The translations under genes were made by a program, and so were the position numbers. The notes beneath the pieces were generated by a model. It was given only the letters and a program-made list of their open reading frames with translations. It ran no database searches and was not told the DNA's origin. From Patescibacteria group bacterium (lineage in GTDB: Bacteria; Patescibacteriota; Patescibacteriia; Patescibacteriales; UBA12075), in assembly GCA_034722035.1 (NCBI GenBank), contig JAYENK010000014.1:1-50986 (forward strand): a stretch of 50,986 nt of DNA. The letters are read 5' to 3'. Shown here one piece after another: positions 26,816 through 35,045 of the stretch (its first letter is position 1; every line of letters begins with the position of its first letter).

Positions 26816-28063
26816 ATGCGTCAAATTGCAGATTTTCATATTCATTCAAAATATTCTCGGGCTTGCTCGAAGCATTTAACTCTTGCTAATATTGACAAAA
26901 CTTGCCGAATTAAAGGTGTCAATATAATCGGAACAGGAGACTTCACTTATCCGGATTGGATTAAGAATATTCAGAATGAATTGGAAGAAATCGGAAATTC
27001 AGGGTTATATAAACATAAGCAGAGCAATGATGATAAGGTAAAATTTATTTTAACGGTAGAAGTTGCTTTGATATACAAAAAATTTGACAAGTGTCGGCGG
27101 GTGCATATTGTAGCACATGCGCCAAATATTGAAGCCGTGGCTGGGTTTAATAAACGATTGGATAAAAATTATAATATTCGCAGTGATGGCCGGCCGATTC
27201 TTGGGATGAGCATTGAAGACTTTTGTCGGCTTTGTTTTTCGGTTCATCCTAAATTTTTGATATATCCGGCTCATATCTGGACGCCTTGGTTTGCTATTTT
27301 TGGTTCTAAATCCGGTTTTGACAATTGGGAAGACGCTTTCGGTGAATATTCGGATAAGATTTTTGCTTACGAAACCGGCTTATCAAGCGATCCGGAAATG
27401 AATTGGCGCCTAAGTGCTTTGGATAAGCTCACTTTTCTTTCAAATTCAGACGCGCATAGCTTGCCCAATATTGCGCGTGAAGCCAATGTATTTGAGATGG
27501 ATAGCGTTAGCTATGATGCAATTTATAATATAATAAAAAATAAAAAGATTAACAGTAAAAATTATTTAGATTATACAATAGAGTTTTATCCGGAAGAGGG
27601 GATGTATCATTATGACGGGCATCGGGCCTGTAATATCAGCTTTGCTCCCAAAGAAACCAAAAAACACAAAGGCATTTGTCCAAAATGTAAAAAGCCTTTG
27701 GTAATTGGGGTCGATTATCAAGTGGAAGAATTGGCTGACCGCAAGGTCGGGCGCAAACCCAAGGGTTCGCCCGGATTTATAAAATTAATTGAGTTGGATA
27801 AAATTATTGCACAAGCTCTTGGCATCAAAAGTCGCAGTGCCAAAAAGGTGTTGGCCGAATATAATAATTTAATTTCGCGGGCCGGTACGGAGATGGAAAT
27901 TTTACTGGATAAGCCTTTGGATGAATTAAAAAACGTGACCACAAAGAGAATTATTGAAGGAATCAGGCGGGTTCGGGCAGGCGAGCTTACAGTTATTCCC
28001 GGTTATGACGGTGAATATGGAAAAATAGAAATATTTAAAAATAAACAGAAAAAAATGTTTTAA
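26816..28063 (+). CDS. Endonuclease Q (EndoQ)-like PHP-fold protein with a zinc-finger
   Basis: ADFHIHSKYSRACSKHLTLANIDKTCRIKGVNIIGTGDFTYPDW resembles the EndoQ N-terminus as I recall it (DLHIHS.YS.A.S..M......A..KGL...GTGD..HP.W). A CPKC..P zinc-finger-like CxxC and the C-terminal IPGYDGEYG block are present. Confidence 0.65.
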   Translation: MRQIADFHIHSKYSRACSKHLTLANIDKTCRIKGVNIIGTGDFTYPDWIKNIQNELEEIGNSGLYKHKQSNDDKVKFILTVEVALIYKKFDKCRRVHIVAHAPNIEAVAGFNKRLDKNYNIRSDGRPILGMSIEDFCRLCFSVHPKFLIYPAHIWTPWFAIFGSKSGFDNWEDAFGEYSDKIFAYETGLSSDPEMNWRLSALDKLTFLSNSDAHSLPNIAREANVFEMDSVSYDAIYNIIKNKKINSKNYLDYTIEFYPEEGMYHYDGHRACNISFAPKETKKHKGICPKCKKPLVIGVDYQVEELADRKVGRKPKGSPGFIKLIELDKIIAQALGIKSRSAKKVLAEYNNLISRAGTEMEILLDKPLDELKNVTTKRIIEGIRRVRAGELTVIPGYDGEYGKIEIFKNKQKKMF

Positions 28064-28184
28064 TTTTTTTCTGTAACAAATTGGATATTTAAAAAACTGT
28101 GTTTTGGCACAGCTTTTTTTATTATATGATTTATTTAATATTAGCTAATTTTATAAAATATTAATGAAATATTCAAAATTTCGT

Positions 28185-28213
28185 TTGACAAGATTTAAAA
28201 TATATGATAGAGT
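28185..28213 (+). promoter_or_regulatory. Candidate promoter preceding the long hairpin at 28238-28350
   Basis: TTGACA (28185-28190), 17 nt, TAGAGT (28208-28213), with TG at 28205-28206 (extended -10). Confidence 0.35.
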
Positions 28214-28219
28214 AATAAA

Positions 28220-28360
28220 TTACTTAAAAAAAGAAAAGACCGGTTGTTGCGGGTTAGGCACGACAAGCATGGGGATTTTTTTTCAGGTTTTCTGGGCTAC
28301 GGCTTAGGACTTTCTGAAAAAAATTTCTTGCCTACCCGCAATAACCGGTCTTTATTTTAT
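28220..28360 (+). ncRNA. Candidate small RNA: a 113-nt imperfect hairpin capped by a UACG tetraloop (class unknown). Alternatively an oversized bidirectional terminator.
   Basis: GACCGGTTGTTGCGGGTTAGGCA (28238-28260) pairs with TGCCTACCCGCAATAACCGGTC (28329-28350), giving 22 bp with one bulge. The inner stem is GATTTTTTTTCAG/CTGAAAAAAATTTC. The apical stem TTCTGGGC-TACG-GCTTAGGA uses G-U pairs. The hairpin is followed by TTTATTTT. Confidence 0.35.
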
Positions 28361-28367
28361 GGTGGAT

Positions 28368-30269
28368 TTAATTTGCAGATTCGGAATGAGTTGAGCTGGC
28401 GGTTTTGTTCGGATCAATACCGATGAGACAAACTTCACGCCAAGGGGTATAATAAGATTTGAAGCGAGTGATGTCGGTATTATCGTTTTCGATAAAATCA
28501 TTATCATCTTTTAATTCTTCCGGAATATTTGTTTCGGGATATTTTACACTATAATCAAAGTAAGCACTGGCGCCGTTATGGGCATGTTCAGTGCATTTTT
28601 TTTCTCCGGGAGCTAGATCTGGTGTTTCGATAATTAAAGTTGGATCTGGTTTGGTAATATTGTAAATAATGGGATAAGTAGTGGTTGCTTCGCGACCGTC
28701 TTTTGTTCCCCAAAAATCAAAATATAAATCATTACCTTCAATACGAGCAGTAATTAAGACATGGTGTTTGTAGTCATTTTTAAATTTGTAGTCTGGCCAA
28801 GGGTCATAAATTGTCGCGTCTGTTCCGGCCGGTTCATAATAAGAAACGCGATAGGAATGATTACGGCGCGTTGTTACCGGTAATCCGGCCGCGAGAGTGC
28901 CGCGAAAAGCGGTTGTTCCAATCTGACAAAGCCCGCCACCATATTCTGGAATAGTGCGGTTTTCTTTTATTACGAGTTCCGGTAGATAATCGGTGCTGGC
29001 ATTAATTTCGCCCAACACGCTGAGTAAAGAAAACTCTTCGCCCGGTTCAAGAATTGTGCCATTAACCGAAGTAGCCCCAACAGCTATATTATGTCGACGA
29101 TTAGAAGGTGAGCCGGCAAAGTTGGAATGTCCGGTACCAAGAAGCTCTTTGATGCCCAAGTTATTAATATTTTCGGTGATAATCTCACTTTCTTTTTCCG
29201 CTACAGTTAATTCTAGACTATTATTTTGTTTTAGTATAAACTCTTTTTCAATTTTTTTGGCATTAGCAATAAGTGTCAGTTCTTGTCCGTTTTTGCTTTC
29301 TTGGAACTCCACCACTTTATCTTTTTCCATTTCAAACTTTGCTTCAATCGGTTCAATGTTGATAGCCGGAGCAATGTTTTCTTTTAGATATTGGGCAATT
29401 AATTTATAATCAAAGCCTAGGCCGTGTTTAGCATCAGTGCTGGTAGATAAATTATTTTTTACAACTAGCCAGTCAGCCAAAATCATTTTGTCTATTTTCC
29501 AGGATTTCCAGGAATATTTTAAGTTAAGTGGAGACAGGGCAATAATTTTTTCCGCTTCAAGCTCGATGTTCAAAAGGTCTTTTTTGTAAATTTTTGGGTA
29601 ATCAATTGTGGCCGAAAGGGTAGTTGGTGAAGTGTCTAAATCGTTTAATTTTCGTTTTAATTCTTGAATAGCGCTGACCCAATTTAAGGTTTGGCCATAT
29701 TCTTCTTCTTTAATGTAAAACTGAAAATCAGACCAAGCATTTTTTTGTTTGTAGGCCAGGCGAGCGTTTTTGCCCGGTGAAGCAAAATGAGAAAAATTTT
29801 CCAAAAAGAATTTTTCCATCTCAACATGGTTAACTGCAAACATAAAATAATAATAAACTGGATCTTTTAATGATTTAATTTTTGTTATTAGCCTTTGCAA
29901 AAAAGAGCCTTTTCTCGCGTGGGTATAGAGTCGTTCAACGGTATTTTCTATGTCAAAAACCAAAACTTCAATTGCGATATCTCCTTCAAGTGAAGAAATT
30001 ATCGGGTATAGCGTTGAATTTTGATTATGATAATGAAAAGTAATCCCTTCTTGGTTTATACGCTTGATTATTTTGTTTAATTTTTTTTTTGCTTGGTTTT
30101 TATCAAGCCCGCTAAAATCATAAGCGCCAATTCGCGCCCCTTTGTATATTTTATGTTCATACTTATTTTCATAAAACAGGTAAGCGCAGAGGGGCAAGAT
30201 AATAAATATAAAAAAAACACCGGTCAAGAAACCGATTTTTTTATATATTTTTAAATTATTATTTTCCAT
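28368..30269 (-). CDS. VanW family protein, membrane-anchored
   Basis: 633 aa with an N-terminal TM segment. The C-terminal part carries YGGGLCQIGTTAFRG ... HSYRVSYY, typical of the VanW domain (GGG.CQ.S.T...A). Confidence 0.8.
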   Translation of the reverse strand: MENNNLKIYKKIGFLTGVFFIFIILPLCAYLFYENKYEHKIYKGARIGAYDFSGLDKNQAKKKLNKIIKRINQEGITFHYHNQNSTLYPIISSLEGDIAIEVLVFDIENTVERLYTHARKGSFLQRLITKIKSLKDPVYYYFMFAVNHVEMEKFFLENFSHFASPGKNARLAYKQKNAWSDFQFYIKEEEYGQTLNWVSAIQELKRKLNDLDTSPTTLSATIDYPKIYKKDLLNIELEAEKIIALSPLNLKYSWKSWKIDKMILADWLVVKNNLSTSTDAKHGLGFDYKLIAQYLKENIAPAINIEPIEAKFEMEKDKVVEFQESKNGQELTLIANAKKIEKEFILKQNNSLELTVAEKESEIITENINNLGIKELLGTGHSNFAGSPSNRRHNIAVGATSVNGTILEPGEEFSLLSVLGEINASTDYLPELVIKENRTIPEYGGGLCQIGTTAFRGTLAAGLPVTTRRNHSYRVSYYEPAGTDATIYDPWPDYKFKNDYKHHVLITARIEGNDLYFDFWGTKDGREATTTYPIIYNITKPDPTLIIETPDLAPGEKKCTEHAHNGASAYFDYSVKYPETNIPEELKDDNDFIENDNTDITRFKSYYTPWREVCLIGIDPNKTASSTHSESAN

Positions 30270-30273
30270 TTTT

Positions 30274-30486
30274 TTACGGATTTAAGATTTCATTCAAGAT
30301 GTTTTTTGCCAGTTTTTTATCATCTTCGCTTTTATGTTGATTATCTTTTATGGTAAAAGCAAGCACACTGCCTTCTTTCATGTTTTTTGGCAGTTTATTT
30401 TTAGGCCAATTAATTATTTCTTTGTCTTTGCTAATCAGCACGGCTTGTTTTCCCTCGAATCGATCAATTGTTAGGTTTATATTCAT
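30274..30486 (-). CDS. DUF3006-like small protein
   Basis: 70 aa. IDRFEGKQAVLI......INWPKNKLPKNMKEGSVL matches the pattern I associate with DUF3006 (DR.EG..AVL.......P...LP....EG). Its start overlaps the hsp20 stop. Confidence 0.5.
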   Translation of the reverse strand: MNINLTIDRFEGKQAVLISKDKEIINWPKNKLPKNMKEGSVLAFTIKDNQHKSEDDKKLAKNILNEILNP

Positions 30487-31040
30487 GACTTTTCTTTAAC
30501 TTTAATCTGAATCTGTTGGGCGTTTTTGGCTTTGGGCAGAGTGATGGTTAAAACACCGTTCTCCAGAGTCGCATCGATTTTTTCGGATTCAACTTCAACC
30601 GGTAGAATAACTGAGCGGGAAAAAGCCCCCCAATAACATTCGCGAAATAGATAGTTTTCGTCTTCTACTTTTTCGTTGTATTCGCGCTTACCGCGAATTG
30701 TCAGCATGTCATTATTGATAGAAATGTCAATGTCTCCCGGCTTAACCCCGGCAATAGTAGATTTGACTACAATCGATTTGGCGGTTTGATAAACATCAAT
30801 CGAGAGTTGTCCCTCTTCGAACTCATCGGCCGGCCATTCCTCATCTAACTCTTTTTGCAACTGATCGGTTTCGCTTTCATCTTCTATGTTTTCTTCTTCC
30901 TCGTTTTCTTCGTGTTCATCATCATTATCGTAATATAAATCATCTTCGTTTGTCCCGTCTTCGTTTTCTGTTTCGTCTTGCAAATCAAAGTTTTGCTTCT
31001 CGCGGTTAAAACCTGATAATTTTTGTAAAATTTTCCTCAT
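30483..31040 (-). CDS. Hsp20/alpha-crystallin small heat-shock protein with a long acidic N-terminal region
   Basis: The C-terminal alpha-crystallin domain is LSIDVYQT...VVKSTIAGVKP.DIDISI.NDMLTIRGKRE...F.RS..LP..V....I.A.LENGVLTI.LPK. The N-terminal ~85 aa are very D/E-rich. Confidence 0.85.
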   Translation of the reverse strand: MRKILQKLSGFNREKQNFDLQDETENEDGTNEDDLYYDNDDEHEENEEEENIEDESETDQLQKELDEEWPADEFEEGQLSIDVYQTAKSIVVKSTIAGVKPGDIDISINNDMLTIRGKREYNEKVEDENYLFRECYWGAFSRSVILPVEVESEKIDATLENGVLTITLPKAKNAQQIQIKVKEKS

Positions 31041-31151
31041 AACCTTGTTTCTTAAAAAAGTAATTAATTTATACTTATATTATAAAAGCTTTAAAGATTT
31101 TTTGCAAATTTTTAATAATTTAAGCACTACTATAGTGGCACTTATTTGCGG

Positions 31152-31225
<74 letters not shown>

Positions 31226-31275
31226 TGAATTTTATTTATTTGTCTATATAATTATAACATAATGCTAGCCTTGCT

Positions 31276-32337
31276 TTATCTTTTAATCTCGAGCTTTTTC
31301 CTTAAGTAACAAACACTTGACCAGTCAACTAGTTTGTCGTGTGCTAATCTCCCGGCAACAATACCAGGGTCGACATCAAGCTTTTTGGCAAATGTTTTTA
31401 TTTGAATATTTTTAAAATCATTTTGGCTTACAAAGTTTTTATATTCATTATAATCAATTAATGTATTGGAGGCGAATTTATCAGCCTCTTTTTCTTTTTT
31501 AGAAGAACGTTTGATTTTTTCATTAAAGTCTATAAATTGATCAGTTTTGCCATGTAATAGAATATGTCCTACTTCATGCAGAAATGTAAACCAGAAGATA
31601 TCGCTGTACTTATATCTAATAGTTAGCTGAATAACGGGATTATCGCCGACCCATCTAACAGCTCCATTTACATAGGTATTTTTGAGATATGGAGTGAATA
31701 ATACCTTGACTCCGCATTCAGCACATATTTTTCGAATTTGCTCAGAAAAATTATTTGGGAGATGAGTTAGTTTTTTTAGCTCATCAATTTTTTTCTTTAA
31801 TTTATTTTTGTCGAATTTGTTCACTTCTTGTTTTTTAGCCTCAATTTCACCGAATCTTAACCATGCCGCTAATGATTCTTTGGATATTTTATCAGTATTA
31901 GTCTTTTTAAAAGCAATTGCCTCTGTTTTTAAAACAAAACTCAAAGAGTCAACTGCAAAAAAATTAAGCAGATTGTCTACTTTTTCTTTGTTGTCTATAG
32001 TTTTTTTGACTGCACCAGTTTTTGATAGCTCCAAGTATGGATATTCTTTCATTATAATAATTTCTTTCTTCAATTGTTCTTCTTGCTTCAATCTAGCTTT
32101 ATTTTCTTGATATTGATTTTCCAAGTTAATCCAGAAGTCAGCATTTCCGCCTAAAACTCTTTCCAGTTTTAAGGCGGTATCTAATGTAATAACAGTTTTT
32201 CCATTCATAATATGGCTGATATGTTTTTCCGAGATACCAGTTCTTTGAGATAAGTCTATTTGGGACATGCTCGCTCTTTCAATTGTTAGCGCCAATGTTT
32301 TTCCTGGATGAAGCGCAATGCTTGGTTTATAGCTCAT
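31276..32337 (-). CDS. higA: HigA-type HTH antitoxin fused to an ImmA/IrrE-family zinc metallopeptidase domain
   Basis: The N-terminus HPGKTLALTIERASMSQIDLSQRTGISEKHISHIMNGKTVITLDTALKLERVLGGNADFWINLENQY is a HigA/VapI-like XRE HTH. The C-terminal half carries FLHEVGHILLH (the HExxH of COG2856 ImmA/IrrE). Confidence 0.75.
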   Translation of the reverse strand: MSYKPSIALHPGKTLALTIERASMSQIDLSQRTGISEKHISHIMNGKTVITLDTALKLERVLGGNADFWINLENQYQENKARLKQEEQLKKEIIIMKEYPYLELSKTGAVKKTIDNKEKVDNLLNFFAVDSLSFVLKTEAIAFKKTNTDKISKESLAAWLRFGEIEAKKQEVNKFDKNKLKKKIDELKKLTHLPNNFSEQIRKICAECGVKVLFTPYLKNTYVNGAVRWVGDNPVIQLTIRYKYSDIFWFTFLHEVGHILLHGKTDQFIDFNEKIKRSSKKEKEADKFASNTLIDYNEYKNFVSQNDFKNIQIKTFAKKLDVDPGIVAGRLAHDKLVDWSSVCYLRKKLEIKR

Positions 32338-32348
32338 ATATTTAAAAA

Positions 32349-32663
32349 TTAATGATAGTCACAATTTAAATCAATAATCACTATTGATTTTATTGTTGAG
32401 TAATCATTTATATTGTATTTTCCTTTTGGTTCGAATATTAATCTATAGGGATGTTTTGTATCTACCGCAAATTTGCCATTATGTTTTCCTTTTAAGGGAT
32501 GAGGCTTTATTGCAGTAGGGATATCAGCAAGACACGTGGAAGCGTTTAAATATGTTAAAGACAGGATTATAAGTTCTCCACAGTTTTTTCCAAATTTCTG
32601 ATATAGCTTTTTATGATTATCAGCTAACTTTTGCAATTTTTTATTTTTATAAACTATCTCCAT
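32349..32663 (-). CDS. higB: HigB-like toxin (plasmid maintenance killer / RelE superfamily)
   Basis: 104 aa. It reads ..KNKKLQKL......L.KFG...........L.......D.......HPLKG...G.FAV......RLIFEP, the pattern of HigB killer proteins. It lies upstream of higA, the toxin-first order typical of higBA. Confidence 0.65.
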   Translation of the reverse strand: MEIVYKNKKLQKLADNHKKLYQKFGKNCGELIILSLTYLNASTCLADIPTAIKPHPLKGKHNGKFAVDTKHPYRLIFEPKGKYNINDYSTIKSIVIIDLNCDYH

Positions 32664-32702
32664 TTTATTATATCATAAAAAGAGAAAAATTGAAAAAAAT
32701 AT

Positions 32703-32752
32703 TCTTTACCTTATAGGTAAAGATATTATACTATAATTTTTCAATTTGTCAA
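32703..32752 (-). promoter_or_regulatory. higBA promoter with an overlapping palindromic operator
   Basis: On the minus strand: TTGACA (32752-32747), 16 nt, TATAAT (32730-32725). It is followed immediately by the perfect palindrome TCTTTACCT-ATA-AGGTAAAGA (32723-32703), about 40 nt upstream of the higB ATG. Confidence 0.55.
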
Positions 32753-32878
32753 GAGTCGAATTTTTATTAATACTATTTCTTATTTAAACTTTATCAATTT
32801 TTAATGTATAAATCAAATTTTTTTATTATTTTATCACGTTACTATCCAACACACTCTCAACAGGATTAATTGCAGACA

Positions 32879-33025
32879 ATGATGGCAATGATTGGAGCAT
32901 TCATAGGACTTTTGACAACGGGCTGGATAGCCGGAAATATTTCAGTTAGCATGGCTTGGTTAACAGGCGCAATAGTGATAATAGTGTCACTGCCGTTATT
33001 ATTTCTCCTGAAAAATGGGGAATAA
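32879..33025 (+). CDS. Possible 48-aa hydrophobic peptide (weak call)
   Basis: The ATG ORF MMAMIGAFIGLLTTGWIAGNISVSMAWLTGAIVIIVSLPLLFLLKNGE has two TM-like segments. It lies in a 520-bp gap that is otherwise non-coding. Confidence 0.3.
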   Translation: MMAMIGAFIGLLTTGWIAGNISVSMAWLTGAIVIIVSLPLLFLLKNGE

Positions 33026-33119
33026 AACAAAAACCCATTTACTTAAAAAAGTAAAGGAGTTTTTTCTATTCCGGATTTTTTCAAGACGCATGTATAACGG
33101 TAGATTTTATTATTTTTCC

Positions 33120-33148
33120 TAGACACACAGGGGGGGGGCTGTTATAAT
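33120..33148 (+). promoter_or_regulatory. Promoter of the 613-aa surface protein gene with a G9 homopolymer in the spacer
   Basis: TAGACA (33120-33125), a 17-nt spacer CACAGGGGGGGGGCTGT containing G9 (33130-33138), TG at 33140-33141, and TATAAT (33143-33148). The ATG is at 33185. Confidence 0.5.
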
Positions 33149-33184
33149 AAAATTAAATATTATTAATATTATAATTTATAAATT

Positions 33185-35026
33185 ATGAATGGAATAAAAA
33201 AAATTGTTGACTTGAGATACTCTTCTCAAGTAATTATAACTTCTATTGTCGCTATTTTAATGGTTGCGGGTATAACTGGCGCAACAACAATCGGCACAAA
33301 CATTTCAACTGACGGCAGTTTGACCGTTACAGGCACAACTACTATTGATAGTGGTCTTTTTTATGTTGATGTTACTAATGATAAGGTTGGAATAGGTTTA
33401 ACAAATCCAGATTCACAGCTTCATGTATATGATGCAAATGGTGGAATGATTGAGGTTTCAGATGGTGGTTCAGTTAGGGTAAAAATTAGTGCTACCTCAA
33501 CAGGTGGATACATTGGAACTAGTAATAATAATTCTTTTGGGATTAGAACAAATAATATTGATCAGATTTTTATTTTGGATACAACAGGAGGAAGTAATGC
33601 AAAGGTTGGGATTGGAACTACTACTCCCACAGCTAAGTTAACTATTCAAGGTGCCTCAGGTCAATCAATATTAAACATAGCATCCTCGTCTGGGTCTTCA
33701 ATTTTAAGTATCAATCAAAATGGCTATGTGGGAATAAACAGTCCATCGCCAATTTATCAGTTCCATGTTAATGGAGGGAATTATAATGCTATAGTTGGAT
33801 CAACTGATGGTGTAGGTTATTCGGGTGTAGTTGGATATGGTAACGATGGTCCAGGTGTTCATGGGCAGAGTGGTGGTTCAAGTGGAACTGGTGTTTCGGG
33901 TCAAGGACAAACGGGAGTGCATGGAGTTGGACCGAATGATGACTCTATCGGGGTCAGAGGAGTCAGCCATGGAGTAAATGGGATTGGTGGTAAATTTGAG
34001 GCTTCTTCTGGTTATGCCTTGATTACCACTGATGGTAATGTTGGAATTGGAACGGCTACTCCTCAATACATACTAGACGTTAATGGAGATGTGAATATTG
34101 CCAGTGGTAGCACATATAAAATAAATGGACAGACAGTTCTTTCAGCATCTTCGCAATTAGGTAATGTATATTTAGGAAGAAATGTTGGGGTGTCAAATAC
34201 CACTGGTTCGGAAAATGTTTTTATTGGCAATGATTCAGGGGAGTTAAATACAACAGGGTATAGAAATACATATTTAGGATCAGAGGCAGGTGATGCTAAT
34301 ACTACTGGCAGAGATAATGTTTTTGTTGGCAGTGCTTCAGCTAAGTCAAATGATATAGGTTATCAGAATGTTTTTGTTGGGAAATCATCAGGTGAATTAA
34401 GTGGGTCGTCTAATAATAATATATTTTTGGGTTATATGGCTGGATATAATGAAACAAGTTCAAATAGACTGTATATTACAAATTCAAACACTTCAGCAAC
34501 TTCAACGTTAATTTACGGTGAATTTGATAACAATATTTTATCCTTTAATGCGAATGTTGGGATTGGCACGACATCACCTCAAACCGATTTGCATGTTTTT
34601 GATGATCAGGCAAATGCTCAAATAACGATTGAAGGCTATAATCCAATGTTGAGATTTACCGATACCTTAGCAAGTGTTGGAGATAAAAATTGGGCCCTGT
34701 ATGGCTATAGAGATACATTCAGAGGAGTATTGAACTCGGATGATTGGTCTGGTGGAGATACTACCTGGCTAGAAGTAGTTAGAAATGGTGAATCTGATGT
34801 GACAAGCGTCAATTTTCCGAATGGAAATGTTGGAATAGGCACTACAACACCAGATGCTAATTTGCAGGTTTACGGTGGTGATAGCGCTACAAGCACATTG
34901 GAGGTTGGCGGAAGTTTAAGTAGTAGTGGCGCTTGTATAAAATTAAGAGACAGTGATGGCGCTGGCTGGAGTTACTGCACAATTTTAGACGGCACACTTT
35001 CATGCTCACAAGCATCATGCGAATAA
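33185..35026 (+). CDS. Membrane-anchored/secreted surface protein with repeated VGIGT..P...L.V modules (tail-fibre-like repeats) and a Cys-rich C-terminal tip
   Basis: 613 aa with an N-terminal TM segment. Six copies of the motif are present (KVGIGLTNPDSQLHVY, KVGIGTTTPTAKLTIQ, YVGINSPSPIYQFHVN, NVGIGTATPQYILDVN, NVGIGTTSPQTDLHVF, NVGIGTTTPDANLQVY). There is a G/S/T/N-rich repetitive core, and the protein ends GACIKLRDSDGAGWSYCTILDGTLSCSQASCE. Confidence 0.8.
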   Translation: MNGIKKIVDLRYSSQVIITSIVAILMVAGITGATTIGTNISTDGSLTVTGTTTIDSGLFYVDVTNDKVGIGLTNPDSQLHVYDANGGMIEVSDGGSVRVKISATSTGGYIGTSNNNSFGIRTNNIDQIFILDTTGGSNAKVGIGTTTPTAKLTIQGASGQSILNIASSSGSSILSINQNGYVGINSPSPIYQFHVNGGNYNAIVGSTDGVGYSGVVGYGNDGPGVHGQSGGSSGTGVSGQGQTGVHGVGPNDDSIGVRGVSHGVNGIGGKFEASSGYALITTDGNVGIGTATPQYILDVNGDVNIASGSTYKINGQTVLSASSQLGNVYLGRNVGVSNTTGSENVFIGNDSGELNTTGYRNTYLGSEAGDANTTGRDNVFVGSASAKSNDIGYQNVFVGKSSGELSGSSNNNIFLGYMAGYNETSSNRLYITNSNTSATSTLIYGEFDNNILSFNANVGIGTTSPQTDLHVFDDQANAQITIEGYNPMLRFTDTLASVGDKNWALYGYRDTFRGVLNSDDWSGGDTTWLEVVRNGESDVTSVNFPNGNVGIGTTTPDANLQVYGGDSATSTLEVGGSLSSSGACIKLRDSDGAGWSYCTILDGTLSCSQASCE

Positions 35027-35045
35027 TTATTTTTTAATATTTCCT

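Noticed and set aside
28238-28426. The ORF-track 60-aa ORF at 28244..28426, and assignment of the hairpin to SRP RNA, 6S RNA or tmRNA.
   Set aside because: The ORF runs through both arms of a long hairpin and into the antisense of the vanW 3' end, and it has no coding features. The hairpin lacks the conserved SRP helix-8 motifs, is too short for 6S, and has no tRNA-like end. It is reported only as an unclassified candidate ncRNA or terminator.
31110-31145. CIRCE-like heat-shock operator upstream of hsp20 (TTAAGCACTACTATAGTGGCACTT).
   Set aside because: Only one half-site resembles TTAGCACTC. The second arm is not its reverse complement, and only an 8-bp ACTATAGT palindrome is present. The spacing also differs from the N9 consensus.
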